Assembly: GCA_050575255.1 (NCBI GenBank)
Contig: JBNZDD010013724.1
Location: 7,857,146 to 7,921,145, forward strand
Length of the DNA stretch: 64,000 bases
DNA from: Harriotta raleighana
Lineage: Eukaryota
Direction: 5' to 3'
Shown here: positions 10,549-23,900 of the stretch, in pieces
Numbering within the stretch: position 1 is the stretch's first letter
Layout: each line of letters opens with the position of its first letter
Program-made: the position numbers and the translations under genes
The notes under the pieces: model-generated
The model's database searches: none
What the model saw: only the letters and a program-made list of their open reading frames with translations
What the model was told of the DNA's origin: nothing

Positions 10549-11969
10549 CTGAAGAAGAAAACGACGACGAAGAAGAAGGAATAAAGTCAATACATTGAAA
10601 TGAGCAAAGGAGAGCAAGCAGCACAATTTCAGAGACCCGAGGTTAGTGTAATAAGGAGAACAAATGAGGAATCAATCCCTTAAGCTCATCTGTAAATTTA
10701 AAGCTCCTTGACAGGACCATTTCCAATAGTTGCAAGTTTTTTTTTAGCAACACTCCTCTGACAGCAGCCTTTTAGCTGGAGATTAATTAATTAATAAAAG
10801 TTGGCTCAGCCGTCACAAAATCAATTCAGAGCGTTTCCCCTTGACTATATTACAGGCTCAGCAAACATGTGAGAGCCAAAAAACCAATTATGGAATTCGG
10901 AAGCTTAAGTCTAACAAAAGACAAGAAAAGTAAATTGCATCTCAGTGGTAACATACTGTCAGCAAGAAAAAAATAATGCTAATAGAAGCTTTGGCTCCCA
11001 ATTATAAATACCAATAAGTCTAGTCATTATTAGCCTCTATAGAAACTGCCTCCAAAATCCTTTTAGCAAATGACATTTCTTTTCTTCTAAACAAGATAGA
11101 ATGATAATTCAATATAAAGTACTCCTTTCATATCCTTTTCCGAGTTCCTCCTTTTTTTGTTTAATCACAGAGAAAGGATTAACAGATTTCTTTCCCTCGA
11201 GACTCGTGCTCAGTGCAATCTGTGAAATTAAAAGACGCAAATGGCAGCGAGCAGGGGAATTAAGTCAGTTACTTCTCCAGGCAGGACCTTCATAGGAATA
11301 TGGCTCCCTTCCAACAAGCAAAAAGCACCTCACCATCAATAAAATATCAGATAAATGTATCCCTTAAATTAGGTAAATTACTTTAGACTGGCTTTCCTGT
11401 TTCTCAAAGTAAAATAAAGGACGCCAAGAACCATAAATCAAGTTGCCTGCTCGTAACGCTTCTTTGACTATGTAATGTAATTTCATCAGATCCTTTTAGT
11501 CAATGCATTCAATCCTAACAAAATACACCCTAATGGGTATTGAAGCATTGGCCGCAGTCTAGCATGCTAATTTTCCACTATGGAGAGATGATTGGATAGA
11601 CAGTTACTTTTAATTAAGTATTGTACCTTGCAATATAGGCATCCCAGTCAACTGAGTTCAAACATACATCAATGCAGTGTATTAATACTTAGCATTTTGC
11701 ATCAAAGTAGTATAAAGAGTGAACATCTTAGATGAAAGATATTTTCATTGGGTTTTGTACAAACCATTCTATTTATTCTGACCACTCCAATTTATATCTT
11801 TAGGAGATAATCTCTAGGAAGCAGCTACAACAAGATTTAAACCCAAACAAAGATTGTACAAGCTGATACAGTTTCTAGTTTTGTTAGTTGTTTCTATTGT
11901 GAAGCATATTATTTTACTCTCTGTGATTCAGTTCGTACAAGTAAAAATAGTTGACTTTTTTTTACTTAC

Positions 11970-12041
11970 AAGGTTCTGAGCCTGGGCATATGGTTGAAAC
12001 TCGCCACTGAAAGCCGGGAGATGTTGTTATTGTTAAGGGTG
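11970..12041 (-). CDS. SLIT2: SLIT2 coding exon (exon 7 equivalent): (L)[23 protein letters not shown](F)
   Basis: 72-nt exon with cag| and |gtaagt. Matches SLIT2 [24 protein letters not shown]. Confidence 0.97.
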
Positions 12042-14484
12042 CTGTAAAACAAGAGATGCTGAAATTTCACAAGGTTATCAAAGTCTACCTGATATTGGGT
12101 TTATTCTAGAGGTTTCTTTGCTGACAATAAAGCTGTCTATGACTAGCGATGGAGGGAAAAAAATGTATTCTCATTTTGGGGAGGTTCAAAGAACTTTGAT
12201 CGAACTGTTTTTAAATACCCTCGCTTTGTACAAAGACTGAGTATTTAATATAAGATCATTATTCATGACTGTATGCTTCATAGCAGAATGGAAATGTGGG
12301 CTTTCAAAAGGCAGACAGGGCAGCCTTCTAACACCAGCAGCAATTGTGCACTATCTCACTTTGAAATGCTGATAGCACTTGCTTGCCTTCACTGAGTGCC
12401 TGCCTGCTCTGTTTAACAATTAAATTACAATGCACGGCAACATTTAGATGCAAATCATAAAGGCAAACGGCTTGGACAACTTTGTTTTCAGTGTTTCCAG
12501 TGAATAATAACAGTCTGTATGTTATCAAGCAAACTACTACAAAAATCTGTGACATTTTATTAAATTTTATTTTCAAATGAAGTTCATTATGTATGCCCTT
12601 GCGTGAAATGTGGTAACCATTAAAGATACCAGCCTTTAAAGAGGTTTCTGACCTTGGTTTATTCATTACCTGGTAAGTTTAGCTCCTGTGCTTTCTGAAA
12701 AAGGCAAACTCCATATTGTCAGATGAATGTACCAAATGAAGTTGCAAAGGAAAGCATCTAAAATTCAGGTCAGTAAAATAACCGTGTCTTCAAGCAACTT
12801 CATTTTGAGTCACTTGGGAAGATGAACCGGCTGAAAATAATAGGATCAGAATAACAGCAGAATTTTGCCTTCGGAATAAATTCAACCTACCTCTGATGGC
12901 CAGGTCACCTCCCTGCCCACCATATCGACAGCTGTTCTCTCTCTCTCACTCTCTCTCCCTCTGACATTCTTGCAAGAAGCTTACGGACATTTTTGGAGAA
13001 GAATCTCACTGAACTCCGAGAGTTATCACAACGGAATTGATACAGTGATGCCTGAGCTCACTAAGATTCCTTCTCTCTAAGCAGTCACTGCAATTTACAG
13101 CCGTTCAGTTGGATTACACAGAGGGACCGTGCTCCTCAAGGACATTGCACAGCGTTTCCATTTTACAGCCATTTTATGAACTAGAGGGCTGGAAACTGAA
13201 TGCAATTTTCTTTGACCTTTTATCCTGTGGAGCTCCAGCAAACCTATAGTTGCCTGTTGAGATATCTTAAACGTAATGTTAAAGGACAGCTAGCCAAGGA
13301 TTTAAATCAATGCTTTGTTTTGATAAATAAGAGAATTCGGTATGAACTGCACTAGATTCAGCTTTGTGAGCAGAAGGGACCCAGACTCCCCCCACCCTAA
13401 TCCAGAGCGGCAAAGAAAAGCACCACAACCCTTCCCCCAAAGAACAGAAGAAGCAGACATTTTAACTGCATGCAGTAAATCAGGTGCTTGGAAACCCTTT
13501 ATCTGAGCAGCTTAACGTGAGTTAATATGTGCCATTTCCTGCAAGGCTCCTTCTTCTACGTCAAGAGTTTAGAATTAATTGACTTGATCTTTGACAGCTA
13601 CTGAAACCAAAAGGTTTAACCTTTCTCAAATCAATGGAGCCAAGGAGCTACTCTAGGGAAGACTTCCACCCTTTTAATTGAGGAGCGGGATAGCCTTTGT
13701 TTCAAATATTTGGGTGATTAAAATACTTCCAAAAAGAGGAACTTAATCTTAGTTTCCTCACATACCTACCAGTACCCAAAGAATGTAAACCACTGAGTCA
13801 CAAGGTCAAAGATGACAGGGATGTGTAAAGTGCTCTAGATTTTCCCAGCCTTAGCTTTTCTCTTCATCAGATTCTATTGAACTGACAACTCCCTATAGTT
13901 TCTGTTGCCAGCTGTTAAGTACTGTTCATAAACTCTCTTCAGTTTTGTGAGTGACTCTAACTAATGCTTTCGGTATATGCTCATTGAGCTTTAGTCTAGG
14001 ACTGACATTAACCTTTTCATCACAAGTACAGTTGACCCATAGAAGACGTCTGTGGGCAACTCACGTTTTGTCTTACTTTGAAATCTGAAATCAATGTCAC
14101 TACATGGGACAGCAATAAATATGAAGCATTTTGAGTCATTAATTGATACGATGAGGTGGGCTAAAAATGAAAGTCCATTCTTTTTCTTTGATCTGCCATC
14201 TCTGGTCAGGTAGTGTGAGTATCACTTTGCCTTCAATAATACCTTACGTGCATGCCTACTCACCCCTGCATGGGCAGTTAAACGAGAAATGTAGCAGTCA
14301 TCTCTTCAGTATGTGGGATTTTTGCAGAGCATTAAATGTGGAGTGAGAATTGTTCTTGAATATATCATAAATCTTTTACAGCCCTCAGCCTAACACAAAA
14401 GCACTGCAAACTTTAGATAAACTAACATGTCCGTTATCCCTGACTGAAGGGCTGCTTTCACAGCCAGATTGAAGCAGTACTCAC

Positions 14485-14556
14485 AGCACTTCCAGGTCTC
14501 GCAAAGCTCTGAACGCTCCATCCTCAATGCAGCTGATTAGGTTGTAATCCAGTTGC
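14485..14556 (-). CDS. SLIT2: SLIT2 coding exon (exon 6 equivalent): (L)[23 protein letters not shown](L)
   Basis: 72-nt exon with cag| and |gtgagt, in frame with its neighbours. Matches the SLIT2 [28 protein letters not shown]. Confidence 0.97.
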
Positions 14557-15360
14557 CTGTTAAACAGATTAGCAGGATAAACGTAAAGAAGCAGAACATT
14601 AGCAGTGTTAGGTATCCCATAGCCTCCATCTACCCAGACTCTGTAACCAGGCCTGCAACCGTGTTCTTACAGGTGCTCTCTCTCCTCCCCACCCCCTCTC
14701 TCTTTCTCTGTTACCAACAGATACACAAGCACACACACTCCCACTGTAAAATACCTCTGGCCTTAGAATTGTTTTGATGTCTGCACCGATCACCTGAAAA
14801 CGTTTGTCCTTCCCGAGAGCTTTGCAGCAAGAGAAGTGCAGGAAAGCTCCAGTAAATAATAACCGTGCCTTATATTAAATGCCGACGGAATGCAATTTCA
14901 TTACATCAAGAAAAGCTATCCATTAAAAGCTTTCAGCATCATCTCACTGAAACAATTTCATTAAGGAAAAGGACTGTAAATCACTTAATGTCACAGTGTT
15001 CCCCTCGGTGACCTAACAGAATCCATTTATCAGAGGAGCACAGCTGCATGCTAATTCCACCATCCTTGGCGAGACCAGGAGAATTCTCTCATTCAAACTC
15101 AGCCCTCGATATCAGTCTCTGGTAACCACTATCAAACAAGTAAAAGCACAGAGGACAAGCAAATTTCACTTTGCCAAGCACTCAAATTTATCATCAGATA
15201 CAAAATGGAACGCAAAAAAGCAGCCCTTTCAGAAACCTTTTAACTGATCATTTCTCCTTGCTAAATATAAATTCTGCTTGACACCAACTTTTAAGTGGAA
15301 GTGATTTGAAGCATCAGTCTCTGTTTTTCTGTTTAAGAAGTGTTTGGATACTCAGGAGAG

Positions 15361-15557
15361 CTGGCTGTAGAACACGGAGGAAAGTAGCAGCTTCTGTGCA
15401 CAGCATCCAGCGACAAAGCAAGTTCTGTATCTTTCAATTTACTCAAATCACTATGGATNCTGGCTGTAGAACACGGAGGAAAGTAGCAGCTTCTGTGCAC
15501 AGCATCCAGGGACAAAGCAAGTTCTGTATCTTTCAATTTACTCAAATCACTATGGAT
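15361..15557. other. Assembly false duplication (98 bp twice, around a single N at 15459)
   Basis: The copies differ by one substitution (cagcgac/cagggac) and abut an N. Confidence 0.85.
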
Positions 15558-15916
15558 GCTGGATAGCTGGATAGTGGTTACCAGTGAAATAGAGACACAA
15601 GTCAATGGAATTCGAGCATTCCAGAACATTTTGCTCTGTGTCTTTCTCTGCCAAAATTTTTCAACAAACATTTTTAAGCAATATCATGGTCCTGCCCATA
15701 ATTTTAAAATGGCCTTCAGTCCTGAAAGGGTTTCACCTTCAGTGATTTTCTATTGAATTTAAGGGAATAAATATGAATTTCTAGCTCTGGAACGAATGGA
15801 AGATCATGGGTCTTAAAACATGGTGCTAAAATCTGGTCACTGATGCATCAGTTTCCTTAAACAATATCCTATTGGATGGTCTCCTAATTGTTTTCTGGAC
15901 ACTAAGGCTTCAATAC

Positions 15917-16890
15917 AATGCAATATTACATTTGTGAAATGCCTTTTACGTCCGCAGGACATCCCAAGGTGCTGATTAATCAGAGATTAGGATCTGAGCG
16001 GTTGGATAGGGGGTATTAGGATCAAGGAAGGAATGGTAGGAGGGGGCTTGGCCATTGAGGGCCTTGAAGGTGAAGGCAAGGTTTTTGAACTCGATCCTCT
16101 GAGAGATGGTGAGCTAGTGGAACATAGTCGAGCTTCGATATTATGAAGGCATATATGAAAAGATGGAGTTGGGAGGTAAAGAGAGGGATAGTGATGGGGT
16201 CAAGGGAGCAGGTGGTGGGCTTTGTGTAGGTTATATTGGTGGTTGGAGAGTAGGGGAAGACAGATTTGAAGGTGTGGAGGGTGGCATGCATAGGGGATGC
16301 AGTGTGAGGGAGAGATTGAAAAGGGGTGGCATTTGGGAGGACTGAGGTGGCAGAACAGATCCCCTCCATTTTTGGAGACATGCTGGGATGGATGGAGGAG
16401 TCAGTTGGCAGTGGAGAAGAGATGCTTGGGTTTGTCCTTGGTCTCCAATATTATCTTGGAATAGAAGGACGATTTAGAGGAGGTGAGGGTAGAGCAGCAA
16501 ATTGTTATGTGGCCCAGCCAGATCTGTCAGTGGACCATTAAATTGGATTTGAGCCAGGTACGTTCAGTGGAATGCACCGGACCCTTCAGTGAGCAGAGAT
16601 GGCTTGTGTACCAGGGTGGGTTGTGTGAGTAGGAGGTGGTTCATAAGGTGATGGGGCAAGGCTATTGAGAATGGGGGAGAGGAAGATTTGGAGGAGAGTG
16701 ATCAAGGAAGATCAGTCGGCACGGGAAGTAGGCCAGAGGGGAAGAGTTCAAATAACTCCAGTGGAGAGGGGGGGAATTTTTTTTCCAGGAATGCTAGGAG
16801 ATGGAGGTGGGTTGGGTGGTGGTGGGGAAAGGCATTGAGGAATTAAGGGAGATGAAATGGTGATCTGAGATGGCTTTATCGGTGATAGTA
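15917..16890 (-). mobile_element. L2 LINE, decayed and internally deleted
   Basis: 3' tail at about 15920-15975. Minus-strand peptide KPTTCSLDPITIPLFTSQL joins directly to AFIISKLDY, both L2 ORF2 motifs. Confidence 0.85.
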
Positions 16891-17049
16891 AGTTCCGGAC
16901 TCCCTCAGCCTTCCTTCTCCTCCTAACTACCGACTATTAAACCCAAATTTGCCATTAACTAACCATTTTTAAAATTATTTTGATTTCTCTCCTACATATT
17001 CCTGGTGGAGTCCTGCCTTGANTTGATTTCTCTCCTACATATTCCTGGT

Positions 17050-17365
17050 GGACCTGGCCCTTCCCCTAAATCTCTTAAATAAAGTGAGGCTGGTGAACAA
17101 ACCTTGACAGTGCTAGGAGGCATCACACCCCAGGATTATCAACAAACACCCAGATGTGTGAACCATCAAGCACAATTCATTGGACAGCAAATAGGAATGC
17201 TGACTTACTTTCTCATCCCAAGGCCAGAGGTGCTGAGGCTATGTGTAGGAGTTTACTGACACCCCAGCTCAGATCAACTAACTCAACACACACTGCAGAT
17301 CCAACCTGGGATTTTCCCAGTTTGCTCAGCGCAGCTACCGCAGTGGATATTGCATTTACCCATGA
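17050..17365 (-). mobile_element. SINE family B copy
   Basis: ccagctcagatcaactaactcaacacacactgcagatccaacctggg...tgcatttacccatga. Confidence 0.65.
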
Positions 17366-17694
17366 AGGAGAATAGTGATTATGTCGAGTTTCAAAGGGTG
17401 ATTGATATTCACGCAAAAGTTCTCTTATGGAAAATGAGTCAACATCTTCTAAAAAAAATGTAACTCCAAAAATCATGACTAATGACACCATTTGACATTT
17501 CAATTGGCTGCACTTTGCTTACAATATTTTGATGTTTGCTGACAATGTAGCATTCATACAGCAAATTATAGATAATAGCAGAACTTCACTGCATTCTGCA
17601 CTGAGAACACAAATTCAGTTAACATATTATAAGCAGCTGAATTGAGTTATCTTCGGCATTTCTCGCCTTTGCATAAAGATTGGTTCACAAGTAG

Positions 17695-18215
17695 ATGATG
17701 CAGATGATTATGGCACTGGAAAGGGTGCAGAGGCGATTCACAAGAATTCTTCCAGGAATGGGAAACCTTAGCTATGAGGACAGGCTGGAGAAGTTAGGAC
17801 TTTTCCCATTAGAGCAGAGAAAATTACGCCGGGTCCAGATAGAGGTCTTCAAGATCATGAAAGCTTTCGACAGGCTAGATAGGGAAAAGCTGTTTCCGCT
17901 GGTAGGTCTGTCTGTGACCCGAGGTCACAGTCTTAAGATATCTACCAAAAGAAGCAGATGGGAGGTTAGAATAATTTTTTTCACTCAGGGAGTTGTTCGA
18001 ATTTGGAATGATCTGCCCGAAAGGGTAGTGAGGTCCGATTCGATAGCAGCTTTTAAGAGAGAACTGGATAGGTATCTGGAGAAGACGGACTTGCAGGGTT
18101 ATGGAGAGAAAGTTGGTGATTGGGGTTAATAAAAGTGACATTGCTCTGTCAAAGAGCCGGCACAGACTCGATGGGCTGAATGGCCTCCTTCTGTGCTGTA
18201 ACATTCTATGACAAT
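17695..18215 (+). mobile_element. CR1 LINE 3' fragment (ORF2 C-terminus plus 3' UTR), relatively young
   Basis: Uninterrupted 144-aa frame LERVQRRFTRILPG...YEDRLEKLGLF...FFTQGVVRIWNDLP, followed by the CR1 tail gatgggctgaatggcctccttctgtgctgtaacattctatga. Confidence 0.95.
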
Positions 18216-18899
18216 GACTCTATCAGTAGGCTATGAGTGATACTTGGAACAAAATCCCAAACTAGCAAATTTACATCAATAGATATTTCCAATTACAGTA
18301 GAACCCCGTTTATCCGTGACTCGAATAATCAGAAAACCCGTTCAACCGCCACTTCAAAAAAAAAATCCCGATCCGATTAACCGGAAGTTATCTGGAGACG
18401 CATTTAATATTGGGTCTAAATTCGTTCCAGTTTTTTTTTTTACCTTTTTTTTTACCTTGTTCAGATGTGCCTGTCGTTGGGAAGTTAAGTACTGAATACA
18501 TAATAAATACTGCTGCAGATAGCGACTAGAGAGAGAGGGAGGGAGTGGGCGGGGGTGGAGGGGGGGGAACAGAGAGAGAGAGGGAGTNATCCCGATCCGA
18601 TTAACCGGAAGTTATCTGGAGACGCATTTAATATTGGGTCTAAATTCGTTCCAGTTTTTTTTTTTACCTTTTTTTTTACCTTGTTCAGATGTGCCTGTCG
18701 TTGGGAAGTTAAGTACTGAATACATAATAAATACTGCTGCAGATAGCGACTAGAGAGAGAGGGAGGGAGTGGGCGGGGGTGGAGGGGGGGGAACAGAGAG
18801 TGAGAGGGAGTGGGGGATGGAGAGACAGAGAAAGAGAGAGTGGGGGGGGGAATGAGAGAGGGGGGATAGGGAGAGAGAGAGAGATAGGGGAAAGCATAA

Positions 18900-19020
18900 T
18901 GGAGAGAGAGAGTAATGGTAGGCAGGTTGATGCAGAGAGAGAGAGATAGTAATGGCAGGCAGGTTGATGCAGAGAGAGCGAGAGAGAGTAATGGCAGGCA
19001 GGTTGATGCAGAGAGCGAGA
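18900..19020 (+). repeat. Three tandem copies of (ga)n-gtaatggYaggcaggttgatgca within a GA-rich tract
   Basis: Visible directly in the sequence, inside the MITE. Confidence 0.85.
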
Positions 19021-19126
19021 GAGGGAGGGAGGGAGAGAGAGAGGAAAGGGATGGGTGTGGGGTGGGGGGGTTAGGATTGTGGACAGAAATTATATGATGG
19101 ATTCAGACTGAATATCTTTTGAGGGT

Positions 19127-19152
19127 CTGTGTCTGTCTGTGTGTATGTGTTG

Positions 19153-19188
<36 letters not shown>

Positions 19189-19354
19189 NNNNNNNNNNNN
19201 NNNNNNNNNNNNNNNNNNNNNNNNNNNNNNNNNNNNNNNNNNNNNGGGGGGGGGGGGGGGGGGGGGGGGGGGTTAGGATTGTGGACAGAAATTATATGAT
19301 GGATTCAGACTGAATATCTTTTGAGGGTCTGTGTCTGTCTGTGTGTATGTGTTG

Positions 19355-19396
<42 letters not shown>
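19127..19396. repeat. (GT)n microsatellites, N gap (19189-19245) and poly-G; the flank is duplicated across the gap
   Basis: Visible directly in the sequence. Confidence 0.9.
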
Positions 19397-19398
<2 letters not shown>

Positions 19399-19871
19399 GC
19401 CGTTAGGTCTAACCTCGTTGCTTTTTAAAGTCGCGTTTTTTACCTCCCGTCGAATCAGTGCTGCAATTGCGAAGTTAAGTATAAATAATAATGTACTAAT
19501 AGAATATTCCATTATTATTTAGTCCATTATTAATATGGTATGTGTTAAAATAATTTTGAATTAAAAAAAATTATGTTAATTTTTAAAAATATAAATCTGT
19601 TCAATCGGAAAAACGGTTTAACCGCTACTGGCCAGATCTCTTGGGTGTCGGATAAATAGGGTTCTACTGTAGATACTAAACTGAGATCCCATTTACCTAT
19701 TCTGGTGTATGTAAAAGATCCTGTGGCACTATTAAATTTAAGAGTTTCACACAATGTCCAACAATAATAATCATTTTGTTTCATATACGTTGGGAGCACA
19801 TTTCAAAGAACTTCATGAAACATACTGTAAAGTGAAATGACTGTGTATCTTGTGGGTGACCGCGGAAACCA

Positions 19872-20915
19872 ACAACGACAACAAAATTCTATTTATACAG
19901 CGCTTTTCCTGTCGGGAGGACATCCCAAGGTGCTGAACAGGTCGGGACCTAAGCAACAGGGAGAGAAGATGGGAGGGAGAGAATAAGGAGGAGAGGGAGA
20001 GTTGGGAGGGTAGCAGAAGGCATGATCGAAGAGGAGGATCTTGAGACCAGCTTTGAAGGAGGCAAGGGAGGAAGTGAAGCAAAGTGACTGAGGGATGAAG
20101 TTCCAGAGTGTGGGGACAGAGAGGCTGAAAGTCCATCTGCTAATGGTAGGGCAGGTCAGGCAGGGGACATGGAGCAGACTGGAGCCCACTGAATGGAGTG
20201 GGCAGGCAGGTTCAAAGGGAGACAGCAGGTCAGAGAGACAGTAGGTGGCAAGGCTATGAATGGACTTGAACGTGAGGACGAGGATCTTCGATCCTCTGGG
20301 GGATGGGGAGCCAATGGAACCGGGCGAGCGAGGGAATGATGTGGTCGCAGAGCTGCGGGAGAGGACATGAGCTGCAGAGTTCTGGATGATCTGATGGAAG
20401 AGGATTGAGGAGGCAGAGGAGTCCGGGTCACAAATGGTCAGGATATAATTTGTGACCTTGTTCAGAGCAGTTTTCATATTGTGGGCAGCACGATTGGAGG
20501 GGCTTATGGCGAGGGTGGGATGAGAAAAAGGCGCAAAGCTGGGAGGCAATGACTCTTTCAAGGACCATTGACAGAAAAAGGAGGTTGGAGATGGGCCAGT
20601 AGCTTGAAAACTGCTTTGCATCAAGGGAAGATTTCTTAAGGATATGGGTGATAGTGGCTATTTTGAATGGGATGGGAACAATGCTGACTGAAAGGGATAA
20701 GTTGATTGTGTAGGCGAGTAGTGGGGCAAGGAGGTGGAGCTGGGAGGTAAGGAGAGGGGTGGGGATGAGGTCCAGGGAGCAGGTGATGGACTTCATGAAG
20801 GATGTGGTGGTGATGACAGAGGATGGGGAGACAGGTTCAAAGGTGTGGAAGGAGGGGTGGGTAGGAGTCGGAGTGCGGGAGGGAGGTGGGGAGGGGGTGG
20901 AAGTTGGAAGACTGG
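19872..20915 (-). mobile_element. L2 LINE fragment with 3' tail; RT core deleted
   Basis: Peptides TCSLDLIPTPLL, PFKIATITHILKKSSLD, YWPISNLLFLSMVLERVIASQL, IQNSAAHVL and APTLWN-like VPTLWNFIP. Tail at about 19880-19935. Confidence 0.92.
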
Positions 20916-23900
20916 TGACAGCTATAAATATTGCACTTGCGTACAGTAATATCCTGAAAACAGCCATAAGTGAATCAGCAATTTTATTTGGGGGATTATA
21001 AACCAGGACACCAGTAGAAACAATAAAATGGCCATAGCAACAAAAAGGCTTGTCTTTAATGATTACGATATAGGGAGCTCAGCTTTGTCACAATGCTGAG
21101 AACCAAGTTACTGAGGTTTACTTTACAGCACATAGTGGGATAGATTCATATTAGTTCAATCATTTCCCTTCTGAAGCTCACAAGTGAATTGCTCCTAGTA
21201 TCAGTATAAAAAGAGAATCAGCATTTGAAATGAAATTGATTTGCTATTTAAGCGGGGGTGGTGAGGGAGGAGAGGAGAGGGACAGCTAAAATAAGATGAT
21301 CAATTGGATATGACTTTTACCCTCAAAGCCCACTGGGGTAGCCTCTCATTTCCATGCAGCTGCCTCCAGCTTGGTGGACAAAGTGGTCCAGGTCAGAGAA
21401 GGCTACATGATCAATGTCAGCTTCATTGCACAGCAAATTGAGTCCATAGTAAATGTGCTAAAGTCTCCAGTCACTAAGCTGCCTTTGAGCCTGCAACAAT
21501 ATTTACAGAAGTTTCTCTCAAACTCCGATGGAAGATTTGTTTTTCTGATGGAAGGAAATAATTTAACTGAAAACCATGGAAACGATATGCGGGTCTGTGA
21601 AGGTTCACTTGGATTTCATTATGAAGCCTTCAAAGAGACTCGCTCTCCGCTAAATGTGTTGCTGTGCTGTTCAGTGACTTGCTGATTTGGAAATTGCCAT
21701 TCGGTACAGAATGTAATATCGACTCTTCCAGATGCTGCTATTTACACAGAATCAAACTAAGTACCTCCCTACCTTACACTCACTGCCTGGTTCTTCTTTC
21801 TTTACTATCTGCACAGAATCAAAGTAAGAAGGAGAGATGCCAAGCAAAGGCATTGTTCCATGATCCACTCGACTCCCGAGTATAGGCTCAATAAACATGA
21901 GATTAAGGAAGGATAAGGAAAGAGGTCCGAAATCCCACACTGATAGAATTTACCTAGGACCTGCCATACAAAGGGTCACTCAAGACTCGAACCTGCTTAG
22001 TTTCAGTATTAGTGGACACCAGAGACACAGAATTCTACCTGTTTGACCATTTTGTCTGAAAATCTAAGATTTTAAGTGTAGAATTGAAGTGCAAAATTGT
22101 GATGTCTTCATCTTTATTAAAACCCTGTTTTTAATAACTCTTAAAGTAAGTTTTCCAACTTAAGATGAGGTTTTTAAGAAATTTCCATAAGGTTTGCACA
22201 ATCTAAAATTTTGAGATAAATTAGCCTTAACAAGGTTACGATTGAGTGCAATTTCAAGCCTCAGCAGAGGTTGTGCTGCATATAACAGATGGAAGCAGCT
22301 GATCCTGTCTTGATACCTGGTCTGTGAATCTGTAAACCTGCAGCTCAGACAATGTTCCCATAATAATAATGTGCCCATTTCAGAAAACAGTCCTGTCGAT
22401 TATTGCTCACTAACTTTTCCTGACAGATCATCTCCTCCAATCATCCCTGCTAACCTGATTCTGTGCACCCAACTTCACGTAATTCCAGTCTATCGCAACT
22501 CTGGTCTCCTGGACGAACCTTTTTCTCTGTAAGACTGCACTGATTTCTTGAAAGGGACTCTTGCAGATTTTATCGTCAAAATCATGATGAGAAAGGTGTG
22601 TCCCAAAACACTAGGATTAACTATTACTGTACTAGGATTAGCTGGCATACACAGAAATTAAAGATATTTTAGTTCCTGATTAATTTATCAACAATTGAAT
22701 AATAGTTCTGGATTTCAGTAAAGCAGTTGAAAAAAAGCAGTCCACCACCACTATTCTGTCACTTACGTACCTTCAACTCTTTCAGCAAGGGCGAAGAGGA
22801 CAGCTCCTGAGTAGCATCTAGTAATGTTTCTGGGAAATAGATTGGCTAAAAGCTGCCGAATGTTGGTGCGTAAGACTGTTTGCCAATTATTTTCCTGACT
22901 AATGGCAGGGGAGGGCGGGTCGCTTTGATGTAACTTTCCACTTACGAATGAACAAAGTGAATTGCCATCAATTTCAGATAGATATAACCTGAATGTCTGT
23001 GAGGCTGGTGTTCCACTGCCAGCACTATTGGGCTGTGCTTGTTGTTTCAAATAACCTTGAAGCATTTCTTCGGCAGCATTGGCCAACAACCAGGGTTACA
23101 TTGATTCAGATTCTCTAACCCTCTGCTGAAGACATTCTTTAGCGTTACATGAGTGTGGTTTATCACCAAGGATTGTAGCCCCAGTTTCCAATTTCATTAT
23201 ACTTAATTTTTTAACAAGGCTATTTTATTAATAATTTAGTTAATAGCTTTTATATATTTGATGTCATAAGATTTATCTATAACATTATTCTTTCACCTCA
23301 TGCTCAATTTATCAAAGTAATTTAAATTACGACAACGGCACAAACTCTACTCCTGACACAACACAAAAGAGAAATTGTTACTTGACAAATTGGAAAATCT
23401 CGTAATACCATCAAATTTGCCTAATGCGGTCTGCAGGTTAATTTGGAAAAGGGTGAATTGCATGTTGGTCTATATCTCATTTTCCTGAGCTGTCAATGTA
23501 TAAATCAGTGCTGACACAGCTCTGGCTGTGCTCTTAAATCATCTCCACTACCTAGGTGCGGTGGTGGAGGAAGAAGCTATTGCGGATATGCTTGGACTTA
23601 AAAACAAAAATACAATTCTCATAATGTTCCCCCCTACTATCCCTAATTTCCTAATTTTATTTTTAAAAGCTTGTGTTCCTTTTTGGTTCATTTCTATCTT
23701 TAACTTTATGGCATTTAATTTATTTTGTTCTGCTGCTCTCGCTCCCTTGCCGTGAGAGTGATAAAGAATACAGAATGTGCACCCAGGAATGAAAATGATT
23801 TATAGGCAATGATGAGAAAGAGGGAGAGATGCTGGTATCATTGCCTGAAACATGAGGGGGAGGAAATCTAATATTTGGTGCGTGTTCATTTAACTCTGCA

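Larger units (their letters stand above)
18296..19669. mobile_element. Non-autonomous Tc1/mariner-superfamily (pogo/Tigger-type) DNA transposon
   Basis: Terminal inverted repeats CAGTAGAACCCCGTTTATCCG and CGGATAAATAGGGTTCTACTG (19/21 match), flanked by TA at 18294-18295 and 19670-19671. No transposase ORF. Length is inflated by assembly duplications. Confidence 0.9.

Noticed and set aside
12664-12680. Overlapping donor-like sites on both strands (ttacctggtaagt)
   Set aside because: No partner acceptor or reading frame found; a short near-palindrome is expected by chance.
17695-18129. 144-aa ORF as a host gene
   Set aside because: It is the CR1 ORF2 C-terminus.
19893-20967. 243-aa and 179-aa ORFs as host genes
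   Set aside because: They are frameshifted L2 ORF2 remnants.
21371-21685. 104-aa plus-strand ORF with protein-like composition
   Set aside because: No recognisable domain and no convincing splice sites; the length is within chance.
22763-23089. 108-aa minus-strand ORF ending at a strong donor (gaag|gtacgtaagt)
   Set aside because: No recognisable homology. The nearest exon options (124 or 128 nt) shift frame and contain a stop in the SLIT2 frame.
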